From NCBI GenBank assembly GCA_963773445.1, contig CAVZAU010000005.1, positions 280,944-344,943 on the forward strand: 64,000 nucleotides of DNA, read 5' to 3'. Each line of letters starts with the position of its first letter. Within the stretch, counting starts at the first letter, position 1. The stretch comes from an uncultured Actinomycetes bacterium (lineage in GTDB: Bacteria; Actinomycetota; Thermoleophilia; Solirubrobacterales; 70-9). Shown here piece by piece: positions 49,027 to 56,604 of the stretch. Below the pieces are notes generated by a model. The model had not been told where the DNA came from. It worked only from the letters and a program-made list of their open reading frames with translations, and searched no databases. The translations under genes and the position numbers were made by a program.

Positions 49027-49415
49027 GTGCCACGCCGGACCTGCCCGCTGATCTTCTCGCTCTTGCCCGTGAGGATCTTGCATCTGCCGAAGCGCTTGAC
49101 CGGGCGGAGCAAGTGTCGGATGCGCCGGTCGGGTTCCATGCCCAGCAGGCCGTCGAGAAGGCGCTGAAGGCGGCCATCGCGAGGGGCGACCAAGATTTCC
49201 CCTTCACCCACGATCTCGGCCTTCTCATGCAGCTCTGCCAAGACGCGGGGCTTGAGCTGCCCGCTGATCTCACCGACGCTGATCGCCTCACCCCTTACGC
49301 GGCGGCTGTTCGATACGGCCTCGGCGACCCGGGTGCTGTCGCTACCGCTGATGCTCTGCGATGGGCTGGGCTCGCCGTCGAGTGGGCTGACACTCAGCTT
49401 CGCTCGGATTCCTAG
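49023..49415 (+). CDS. HEPN-domain protein (toxin of HEPN/MNT module)
   Basis: FHAQQAVEKALKAAI HEPN helix. The ATG overlaps the MNT stop (ATGA). Confidence 0.85.
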   Translation: MSATPDLPADLLALAREDLASAEALDRAEQVSDAPVGFHAQQAVEKALKAAIARGDQDFPFTHDLGLLMQLCQDAGLELPADLTDADRLTPYAAAVRYGLGDPGAVATADALRWAGLAVEWADTQLRSDS

Positions 49416-49472
49416 TCTCATCCCGGTCGCATCGCCGCCGCAATTCCGCTGCCCGCGCGGAGGACCTTTCTC

Positions 49473-49490
49473 CTTTCAAGCCGAAGGTCG
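49473..49490 (+). repeat. Direct repeat copy 2 (candidate attR core)
   Basis: CTTTCAAGCCGAAGGTCG, identical to 43945-43962, starting 58 nt after the HEPN stop. No recognisable tRNA 3' half follows it. Confidence 0.6.
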
Positions 49491-49511
49491 ATCCCGCACA
49501 TCCCTTGTGTA

Positions 49512-50921
49512 ATGAGGGAGAATGCAGGTATGCGGGCCGGCGGCGGTGAGGCGAGATGGGGAGGTCGGGAGCTGCGTCGGGCCGTGGGGCTCGGGGCGGT
49601 GGTTGTTTTGATGCTTTGGGTCTGGGCTGGATCGGCGTCGGCTACTGAGCCGGGGACGAATGGGCCGATCGTGTTTTCGTCCGGTGGGAAGATCTACACG
49701 ATCCAACCTGATGGGTCCGGGTTGACGCCGGTCGTTCGTGAGGAAGAGGAGTACAAGTACGACTTCTATCCGAGCTGGGCGCCTGATGGCCTGCGGATCG
49801 CGACGAGTGGGCAGAAGCGGGAATCGAATGGCTACTGGACCGTCTCGGGGCTGCACGTGTTCGCGCCGGACGGGTCGGGTTTCGAGCGGCTACCGATCGG
49901 GGGGTACATCGAATCCCCGGCCTGGTCGCCCGACGGCGCCCACATCGCCTTCATCAGGGACCGTGAACTCCTTAGCACGACCCCCGAGGGTGCTCCGCCA
50001 ACGCTGATCATGAGCAACGCTTGGTCTCCGGCCTGGTCGCCGGACGGGCAGCGGATCGCGTTCATCCGTCCCATCGAGTCAGACGAGGAAACCAACCTCT
50101 ATGTGATGGCCGCCAAGGGTGGCCCTGCCCAGAAAATCCTCGATCCTCCCGGGCGGGTATCGTCCCCCTCGTGGTCCCCCGACGGCTCCACGATTATCTT
50201 CGACTTCAGGGAACTGGTTCCCCGCGAGGACCCGGGTCCCGGTGAGCCCCCGTACACCTACTCAGGGCCCAACGTGTACGCGATCTCGGCGACTGGCGGA
50301 GAGCCGGTCCAGCTGACCGAGTCGGGCGTCGACCAGGATCCCGTCTGGTCGCCCGACGGCTCGACGATCGTCTTTCAGAGCGACCGTCCCTCTGTGTCCC
50401 CGACCGCAGGGCCGCATCTGTACCTGATGGACGCGGACGGAAGCAACGAGCGCCAGCTGACCACTACCATCAACTGCTCGCAATGTGGTCCGGACTGGGC
50501 CTCGCTCCCGCCGCATTCCCAACCGTCTCCTGCCCCGCCGGCGGCAGCCGACGCCGCGCCGCGCCGCAGGCAGAAGTTCTCCCACCTGTCGCTGACGCGC
50601 TCGCGGTTCGCCCGGCCCGCGGGGGTTTGGCTCCGTTTCCGGGCAGCGGTCGCCGAGAAAGTCAGCCTCACGATTCGCCGCGCCGTTCCGCCGGCTCGCG
50701 CCTCCCGCTGCAGCAGGAGACCCGGCACCTGCCTGTGGGTGGGGCAAAGGAAGCGCCAGGCGCATAAGGGGTTCAACCGGATCTCGCTGGGCGCGCTGCT
50801 GAGCGACGCACCGACTCCCGGCTGCTACTGGCTGCAGCTTGGATCCTCGAGCGACGGCGCCCGTGCTGGCATCGCCTTTCGGGTGATGCCGCCGCACGGG
50901 GCGCAGCGGCGCGGTCACTAG
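49512..50921 (+). CDS. Secreted TolB-like beta-propeller (PD40 repeat) protein
   Basis: Signal peptide, then at least five WSPDG/WAPDG-containing repeats and a basic C-terminal domain. Confidence 0.85.
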   Translation: MRENAGMRAGGGEARWGGRELRRAVGLGAVVVLMLWVWAGSASATEPGTNGPIVFSSGGKIYTIQPDGSGLTPVVREEEEYKYDFYPSWAPDGLRIATSGQKRESNGYWTVSGLHVFAPDGSGFERLPIGGYIESPAWSPDGAHIAFIRDRELLSTTPEGAPPTLIMSNAWSPAWSPDGQRIAFIRPIESDEETNLYVMAAKGGPAQKILDPPGRVSSPSWSPDGSTIIFDFRELVPREDPGPGEPPYTYSGPNVYAISATGGEPVQLTESGVDQDPVWSPDGSTIVFQSDRPSVSPTAGPHLYLMDADGSNERQLTTTINCSQCGPDWASLPPHSQPSPAPPAAADAAPRRRQKFSHLSLTRSRFARPAGVWLRFRAAVAEKVSLTIRRAVPPARASRCSRRPGTCLWVGQRKRQAHKGFNRISLGALLSDAPTPGCYWLQLGSSSDGARAGIAFRVMPPHGAQRRGH

Positions 50922-50968
50922 CCCTGCCAGGGGTCATAGCTTTAGAGCGGCGCCGCTAATGTCATCCC

Positions 50969-52150
50969 ATGGCCAAAGCGAGGGTGCAGCGGCGTGGGAG
51001 CGGCTCGCGTTCAGGGGAGCCGCGGACGCTGCTGGCACGCCGCCTGCGCGAGCGGCTGCCGGAGCTGCAGAAGGCGGTGGCGACGCGGGTCTACGCGATC
51101 GCGGACCCATATGAGGTGGCTGATCCCACCTACCTGGAAGGTCTGAACGCGGCGGTTGCCGCGGCAGTCGACTACCGGCTCGCGGTGCTCGAGGTGGGGG
51201 AGCGGCGGGCGCCGGCGGTGCCGGAGGTGCTGCTGGCGCAGGCGCGGCTGGACGCGCGGGACGGGGTGGCCCTGGACACGGTGCTGCGGCGGTACTTCGC
51301 GGGCAACAGCCTGGTCGGCGACTTCCTGGCCGAAGAGGCGGAGCGGGCGGAGGTGCCGAGCTCGGAGCTGCGGCGGCTGCTGGCCGAGCAGGCGACCCTG
51401 GGTGATCGGCTGATCGCGGCTGTCAGCGCCGAACACGCGCGGGAAGCGACGAGCCGGCCGAGCAACGCGGCGGAGCGGCAGCGGGAGCTGGTGAAAAGCC
51501 TCCTCGCCGGCGAGCTGGTCGACGCCTCCGAGCTGGGATACGACCTCGACGCGCACCACCTCGCCCTGATGGCGAGGGGGCGGGGAGCCGCGGAGCTGAT
51601 GCGGGCGCTGGCGACCCGGCTCGACCGGCGCCTGCTGATCGTGCAGCGGGAGGAGGAGCCCAAGTGGGCCGCCTGGCTCGGCGGCCGAGCGCCGCTCGAC
51701 GCCGCCGAGGCGGTCGCGGCGCTCCGCCAGCTCGCCCCCGGGGGCGTCTTCGTCACCGTCGGCGAGCCCGGCGAGAGCCTTGCCGGCTGGCGCTTCAGCC
51801 ACCACCAGGCGAAGGCAGCGCTACCGGTCGCCGAACGCCGGAGCGAGCCGGTCCTCCGCTACGGCGACGTCGCCGTGCTGGCGGCGATCGGGCGCGACGA
51901 TCTGCTCGAGGCCTCGCTGCGCCAGCTCTACCTGGAGCCGCTCGAGCACGGCCGGGACGGCGGCAAGGTAGCGCGCGAGACCCTGCGCGCCTACTTCGAC
52001 GCCGACCGCAACATCTCTTCGACGGCGGCGGCGCTCGGCGTCGACCGCCGCACCGTCCGCAACCGCATCCGCTCGATAGAGGAGCTGCTCGGCCGTCCCC
52101 TTCGCGGCTCCCTCGCAGACCTAGAGATCGCGCTGCGGCTCGACGACTGA
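50969..52150 (+). CDS. PucR-family transcriptional regulator
   Basis: 393 aa with C-terminal PucR-type HTH ISSTAAALGVDRRTVRNRIRSIEELLG. Confidence 0.88.
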   Translation: MAKARVQRRGSGSRSGEPRTLLARRLRERLPELQKAVATRVYAIADPYEVADPTYLEGLNAAVAAAVDYRLAVLEVGERRAPAVPEVLLAQARLDARDGVALDTVLRRYFAGNSLVGDFLAEEAERAEVPSSELRRLLAEQATLGDRLIAAVSAEHAREATSRPSNAAERQRELVKSLLAGELVDASELGYDLDAHHLALMARGRGAAELMRALATRLDRRLLIVQREEEPKWAAWLGGRAPLDAAEAVAALRQLAPGGVFVTVGEPGESLAGWRFSHHQAKAALPVAERRSEPVLRYGDVAVLAAIGRDDLLEASLRQLYLEPLEHGRDGGKVARETLRAYFDADRNISSTAAALGVDRRTVRNRIRSIEELLGRPLRGSLADLEIALRLDD

Positions 52151-52254
52151 CGGCGCTGCTGCGCAGGCCCCGCTTCCCACATTGGCGCATCGGTGCCGCC
52201 CGAAGGCTCAGATTGGGGAGGAAGCGATCACCCCGGCTCAGCGAGGATCGGGGC

Positions 52255-53028
52255 ATGAGGAAGAACTTGCTCCGAGCCACCCCCATCGCGCTCGCCGCGG
52301 CGCTGGCCCTTGCGACCGGCGCCACCGGCGAGCCCAAAGTCGAGTGCGCCGGCAACATCTGCGTCAGCGACGACGGCGGCATCTCCCCGACCAAGCTGCC
52401 GCGGCACGGCAAGGCTCCGGTCACGGCGCGCCTGCTCGCCGGGGTCGAGACCCGCGACGGCAGCCATCCCCCGGCGCTGCAGTCCGTACGGATCGACGTC
52501 GACAGGACGATCGCCGTCGACGCCGTCGGTCTCCCCACCTGCCGCAAGTCCCAGCTCGAAGCAAGCAGCTCGACGGCCGCCCGCCGCGCCTGCCCGGACG
52601 CGATCGTCGGCTCGGGCGAGGCCGAAGTCGAGGTCGCCTTCCCCGAACAGGCGCCGTTCCGCTCGACCGGCTCCTTGATCCTCTTCAACGCCGGCGTCCA
52701 TGGCGGCACCACCACTGTCCTGCTCCATGCCTACGTCAACGTCCCGGCCCCGACTGCGATCGTTACCAAGGCGACGATCACCCGCATCCACCAAGGCCCC
52801 TACGGCCTGCGCATCGAGGCCCGCGTCCCCCGTATCGCGGGCGGCTCCGGCTCGGTGACGCGCTTCGAGCTGAAGGTCGGCCGCCGCTACACCTACAAGG
52901 GTCGCAAGAAGAGCTTCCTCGAAGCCGGCTGCCCGACCGGCACCTGGCCGGTCAAAGGCCACGCCGAGTTCGCCGACGGCACCGAGCTCGGCCTCTCCCA
53001 CCTGTTCTCCTGCACCTCGACGGGTTGA
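52255..53028 (+). CDS. Secreted Cys-containing hypothetical protein
   Basis: ATG 52255 is in frame in track ORF 51664..53028. Signal peptide MRKNLLRATPIALAAALALATGATG. No family recognised. Confidence 0.7.
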   Translation: MRKNLLRATPIALAAALALATGATGEPKVECAGNICVSDDGGISPTKLPRHGKAPVTARLLAGVETRDGSHPPALQSVRIDVDRTIAVDAVGLPTCRKSQLEASSSTAARRACPDAIVGSGEAEVEVAFPEQAPFRSTGSLILFNAGVHGGTTTVLLHAYVNVPAPTAIVTKATITRIHQGPYGLRIEARVPRIAGGSGSVTRFELKVGRRYTYKGRKKSFLEAGCPTGTWPVKGHAEFADGTELGLSHLFSCTSTG

Positions 53029-53032
53029 TCCT

Positions 53033-53266
53033 TCAGGACGGCGGAGCCCCAGCGCCTGATTTCTTGCGAGCTAAAAAGCCCAGCACCCAAAGGATCGTCA
53101 CGATCTCGACACCGCAGTGAACGATCCACCAAAGAGCTACAGCTCGTGCGTAAGCACCCCCCGTTGCGTAATAGCCGCGGGCGCCGGGATCTCGTAGCCG
53201 GCCATCCTGCCGGTCGACCTTCTGGGGATACGGGAAGAGAATCGGCGTTGGACCGCCTGATGCCAT
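53033..53266 (-). CDS. Possible small C-terminally TM-anchored protein (weak)
   Basis: 77-aa ORF starting 7 nt after the upstream gene stop, with TM AVALWWIVHCGVEIVTILWVLGFLA. Third-position G+C is lower than in core genes. Confidence 0.35.
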   Translation of the reverse strand: MASGGPTPILFPYPQKVDRQDGRLRDPGARGYYATGGAYARAVALWWIVHCGVEIVTILWVLGFLARKKSGAGAPPS

Positions 53267-53273
53267 GGGGAAA

Positions 53274-53732
53274 TCATAGGGCGAGCAACAGGGCTACGGT
53301 CTCGACAACGACGGCCGCGCTGGCGAGCCGTCCGTAGAGACGCAGTTGGTCCAGCACCCGCTCGTTCGTCTCGTGGTGTTCGTCCTGGCGACGGGCGAGG
53401 AAGTCGAAAAGCTCGGTGACCGAGGACGCCGGCTTGCCGGCATGGTCCTCGAGAATCACGGTCGCGCCCAGCCGGAAGATGAAGCTGCGTGGCCACAGAA
53501 CGGCGAGCACCAGCACCATCACCACGACCAGCGCAGCGACCCCCACCGTGACCCAGCCTCCAAGGGAGCCCGCATTCGCTCGGATCGCCTCCGGTCCGAC
53601 GAAGGAGGCCACGAGCGCTGCGGCTGCCAGGATCGTCGCGCTCTGCGCCCTTAGCCCGACCAGCGCTTCGTACTGCCGGTCGATCGCTCGCACGGATGCC
53701 TCGTAAGCGACCTCCTCCACCGATGCCGGCAC
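53274..53732 (-). CDS. Three-TM membrane protein (architecture reminiscent of DUF5706/Pycsar-type TM effectors; unverified)
   Basis: 152 aa. An N-terminal amphipathic helix is followed by TM1 (ATILAAAALVASFVG), TM2 (WVTVGVAALVVVMVLVLAVLW), a ~50-aa soluble segment and TM3 (ASAAVVVETVALLLAL). Confidence 0.7.
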   Translation of the reverse strand: MPASVEEVAYEASVRAIDRQYEALVGLRAQSATILAAAALVASFVGPEAIRANAGSLGGWVTVGVAALVVVMVLVLAVLWPRSFIFRLGATVILEDHAGKPASSVTELFDFLARRQDEHHETNERVLDQLRLYGRLASAAVVVETVALLLAL

Positions 53733-53763
53733 GGCACCGACGATATCCGTGCTCGCGGATAGC

Positions 53764-54021
53764 TCAGCCGGTGCGCAGCCGGTCGGCCAGGCTCGTCAGC
53801 TCGCCGACTTCCGTCCCTAGCGCGTCGGACAGTCGCAGCAGCGTCGTGTAGCTGGGGTTGCGGACGCCGCGCTCGATGCCGCCGACCTGGGTGAGGTCGG
53901 TGCCGGCTGCCTCGGCCAGTTCCTCCTGGCTCATCTCCGCCTTGGCGCGGAGTTGGCGGACCGCCTCGCCGAGGGCAGCGTGCTCGGGCGAGCGGGGTTT
54001 GCTGCGGCGCGGGGGCGGCAT
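53764..54021 (-). CDS. XRE-family HTH regulator
   Basis: LGEAVRQLRAKAEMSQEELAEAAGTDLTQVGGIERGVRNPSYTTLLRLSDAL. Confidence 0.85.
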   Translation of the reverse strand: MPPPRRSKPRSPEHAALGEAVRQLRAKAEMSQEELAEAAGTDLTQVGGIERGVRNPSYTTLLRLSDALGTEVGELTSLADRLRTG

Positions 54022-54127
54022 CGCGCCCCGGAGCCTCTCTATTAAAAGACTCCAGTGTTAGGGTATTTATGGCATAACATCCGGAGCGCCGGAAATGGGC
54101 TGAACGGTCGGCCTTTCCGGGTCCCTC

Positions 54128-54433
54128 ATGCCACCCTCTTCTTCAGAGCTGATCAGCGCCGTCGGCCATCCCTTGCGCCGGCGGATCCTCGGTGCCTATC
54201 TCGACGGATCGCTCGAGTGCGCCTCGGCGCGGGAGCTGGCGGAAGCACTCGACCAGCGAGTGGGGCAGGTCGCCTATCACCTGAAGACGCTGGCGAGGAA
54301 CGAGATCCTGCGGCCGGTCCAGCGCCGCGATGGGCAGGAGGCGGAGGACGCCCATTGCTGGGCGCTCGACGTCGAGGCGGTGTGGCTGCGCGTGGTGCTC
54401 GAGGTCTGGGTCGAGTCGGACCTAGCCAACTGA
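54128..54433 (+). CDS. ArsR-like winged-helix regulator
   Basis: HPLRRRILGAYLDGSLECASARELAEALDQRVGQVAYHLKTLARNEIL. Confidence 0.8.
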   Translation: MPPSSSELISAVGHPLRRRILGAYLDGSLECASARELAEALDQRVGQVAYHLKTLARNEILRPVQRRDGQEAEDAHCWALDVEAVWLRVVLEVWVESDLAN

Positions 54434-55033
54434 GCCGTCGACCAGGTGGAACGGAGCGCGCAGGCGCGAGCGCAGTTCTTCGGCCGCGCCGGCGCCGGTA
54501 CCGGGATCGGCGACGAGGAAGACCTCGGTCGCCGGGTACTCGCGCAGCTGGTCGGTGACCGTCTGCACCACGTCCTCGTCGCCGATCCGGGCGGTGGCGG
54601 CCACCCCGACGCGGGCCAGCGAGGCGAGGCTGAGGACGAGGCTGCGCTGGGCGCGTTCGCGGCCGGGGCGGGTGTCGGAGGCCCAGCGGTCGAGGAAGCG
54701 GTTGGGGGTCGGGGCGAGGACCAGGACCTCGGGCTCCGGCTGGGCAGGGTCGCGCCGCTTGGAGGCGGCGGCGATGCGTTCGATCGCGGCGCCGTCCTCA
54801 AGCGGCTGCTCGACGATGACCAGCAGGTGCTCCCGCAGGTCCGGCGCCGGCGCCGGGACGATCGGCACCAGCGGCGGCTTGCGCACCGCCATGACGATGA
54901 TCGTCGCCGCGGCGAGGGCGCCAACCGCCATCCCCAGGCCCGGCCCGCCGAGGTAGAAGCCGCCGACGATCGAGAGGATGATCACCAGCACGATCAAGGG
55001 AAGCTTCCATGCCGCTATGCCCTGATCGCCCAT
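54422..55033 (-). CDS. Membrane-anchored hypothetical protein
   Basis: 203 aa with two N-terminal TM segments followed by a soluble alpha/beta-like domain. No family recognised. Confidence 0.65.
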   Translation of the reverse strand: MGDQGIAAWKLPLIVLVIILSIVGGFYLGGPGLGMAVGALAAATIIVMAVRKPPLVPIVPAPAPDLREHLLVIVEQPLEDGAAIERIAAASKRRDPAQPEPEVLVLAPTPNRFLDRWASDTRPGRERAQRSLVLSLASLARVGVAATARIGDEDVVQTVTDQLREYPATEVFLVADPGTGAGAAEELRSRLRAPFHLVDGSVG

Positions 55034-55063
55034 GCTTCGAATGTAAAGGGTCGGCGGCGCCAG

Positions 55064-55300
55064 TCAATCCTTTTGGCGATCGACGAGGTCGCGGAGGCTG
55101 CGGAAGTCCTCGGCGCAGGCGGGACAGCCGTCGAGGTGGGCGCGCATGCCGGGGACCCGCTCGTCGGCCCGCTCGCCGGCGAGGACCAGCTCGACGTAGC
55201 GGTCGAGCTCGGCGAAGCACTCCTCGCAGGTCAGCTCCGGGCCGCCGGGGCCGAGCGACCCGGCCGAGCGATCTGGGCGTCGCGGTCGTCGCTGGCTCAT
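55064..55300 (-). CDS. Zinc-binding anti-sigma factor (ZAS type)
   Basis: 78 aa with CEECFAELDRYVE and HLDGCPAC (HxxxCxxC). Located immediately downstream of the sigma-factor remnant. Confidence 0.8.
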   Translation of the reverse strand: MSQRRPRRPDRSAGSLGPGGPELTCEECFAELDRYVELVLAGERADERVPGMRAHLDGCPACAEDFRSLRDLVDRQKD

Positions 55301-55954
55301 CGCTCCTCCTCTCCGCGCCGACTGCGAAGCCGCGCACGGCAAGGGCGCCCCGCAGCTTGCGGCGGGCGTCGTGCAGGTTCTTGTAGAGAGCGCCGCGGGT
55401 GCTGCCGAGGCGCTCGGCGAGAACGTCGATCGGGACGCCGTTAAGGGCGACGGCGACAGCACCTCGCGCTGGCGCGGCGCTGAGGCTGCGCTCGATCTCC
55501 TCGCGCAAGGCGCGCGAGGAGCTCGCGCGTCCTCGGCTCGGCGGCCGGCGCCGAGCCGGCGTCGGCAGAACGCTGCCAGGCCTCGTCCTCGAGCGGGACC
55601 TCGCGTCCCTGCCAGGCACGGCGCCGCACCTTGACCGCCGCCTCGAGCAGGGCGAACTTGTAGGCCCAGGTGGTGAAGCGGCTTTCGCCGCGGAACTCGT
55701 CGAGCTTGCCGAGCACCGCGACGAGCGCGTCGTCGGCGCTCTGCTGGGCGAGGTCCTCGTGGTCGCCGCCGCGCAAATGGGCGCAGCGCGGCGCGGCGGC
55801 GGCCGACCTCGAAGCGGGCGGCCTTCAGCAGCAGCGCGTGGAGCTCGGCGACCGCGGCGACGCGCGTCGGGCCCCGGGTCGCCGGGCGCGCAGCCGCCGA
55901 CGGGACCGGTCGCTCGGCGGCCGGCTCGGCGGGTATCTGCGTCGGCGTCGTCAT
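55297..55954 (-). pseudogene. ECF sigma-70 factor gene disrupted by several frameshifts
   Basis: Sigma-like segments lie in three frames. The N-terminus (ELHALLLKAARFEV) is in frame A. Region 2 (DHEDLAQQSADDALVAVLGKLDEFRGESRFTTWAYKFA) is in frame B. Region 4 (ALNGVPIDVLAERLGSTRGALYKNLHDARRKLRGAL) is in frame C, with PRQREVL back in frame A. Confidence 0.7.
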
Positions 55955-56128
55955 AGCGCGGTCGCCATGAATTGTTAGCGACCGGCGGCCGCCGACTCCT
56001 TACCCGTGATGTCGCATCCTTTGTGTTGCACAGAGCAACTAAAAGTCGAGGAAACGACGCGGGAGGGGAGGTAAGACGGCGGGCGGGCGACGCAGAGGGA
56101 GCACAAGCCAAACGACTAGGGAGGTCCC

Positions 56129-56575
56129 ATGTCCACCACCGCCACCCTCGACCCGCGCGACGCGACGCTGGCGCCCGTTCGGCGAACGCCTCAAGGCGGA
56201 CCCCGCCTACCAGGCCTTCCTGCTGCTGCGCATCGCCTTCACCGTCGCCCCGATCCTCTTCGGCCTCGACAAGTTCTTCGACGTGATGGTCGACTGGGAG
56301 AGTACCTGGCGCCCTGGATCAACGACATCGTCCCCGGCAGCGCCTCGACCGCGATGCACCTCGTCGGCGCGATCGAGATCGTCGCCGGCATCGTCGTCGC
56401 GCTGAAGCCGCGCTACGGCGCCTACCTCGTCGCCGCCTGGCTCGGCGGCATCATCGTCAACCTGCTCACCTACTCGGGCTACTACGACATCGCCCTGCGG
56501 GACTTCGGGCTGATGCTGGGCGCGCTCACCCTGGCGCGGCTGGCGAGCGGTACGACCCGCCGGGAGCCGAGGTGA
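56129..56575 (+). pseudogene. Four-TM membrane protein gene (DoxX-like family by recollection) with two compensating frameshifts
   Basis: The ends are in the frame of ATG 56129. The conserved-looking middle FGERLKADPAYQAFLLLRIAFTVAPILFGLDKFFDVMVDWE (56178-56300) is in another frame. The annotated frame reads Arg/Pro-rich junk there. Confidence 0.6.
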
Positions 56576-56604
56576 GGTTCTAGGGCGCTCCTAGACTGGG
56601 AGGG

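Larger units (their letters stand above)
43945..49490 (+). mobile_element. Putative integrative element (integrase/excisionase, regulators, nuclease-like cargo, MNT/HEPN) inserted at the tRNA
   Basis: Bounded by an exact 18-bp direct repeat. Contains xis-int, and G+C drops (by eye) in 47.0-48.7 kb. Confidence 0.6.

Noticed and set aside
49491-49530. Expected displaced tRNA 3' half (T-arm plus acceptor) downstream of the distal 18-bp repeat.
   Set aside because: The sequence ATCCCGCACATCCCTTGTGTAATG has no T-loop or acceptor complementarity. I therefore do not annotate a tRNA fragment there and flag the att model as incomplete.
54798-56111. 437-aa minus-strand ORF covering the sigma/anti-sigma region.
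   Set aside because: It contains one genuine sigma region-4 segment, but the rest is Arg/Pro-rich shadow sequence. It is better explained as one of three frames of a frameshifted ECF sigma gene.
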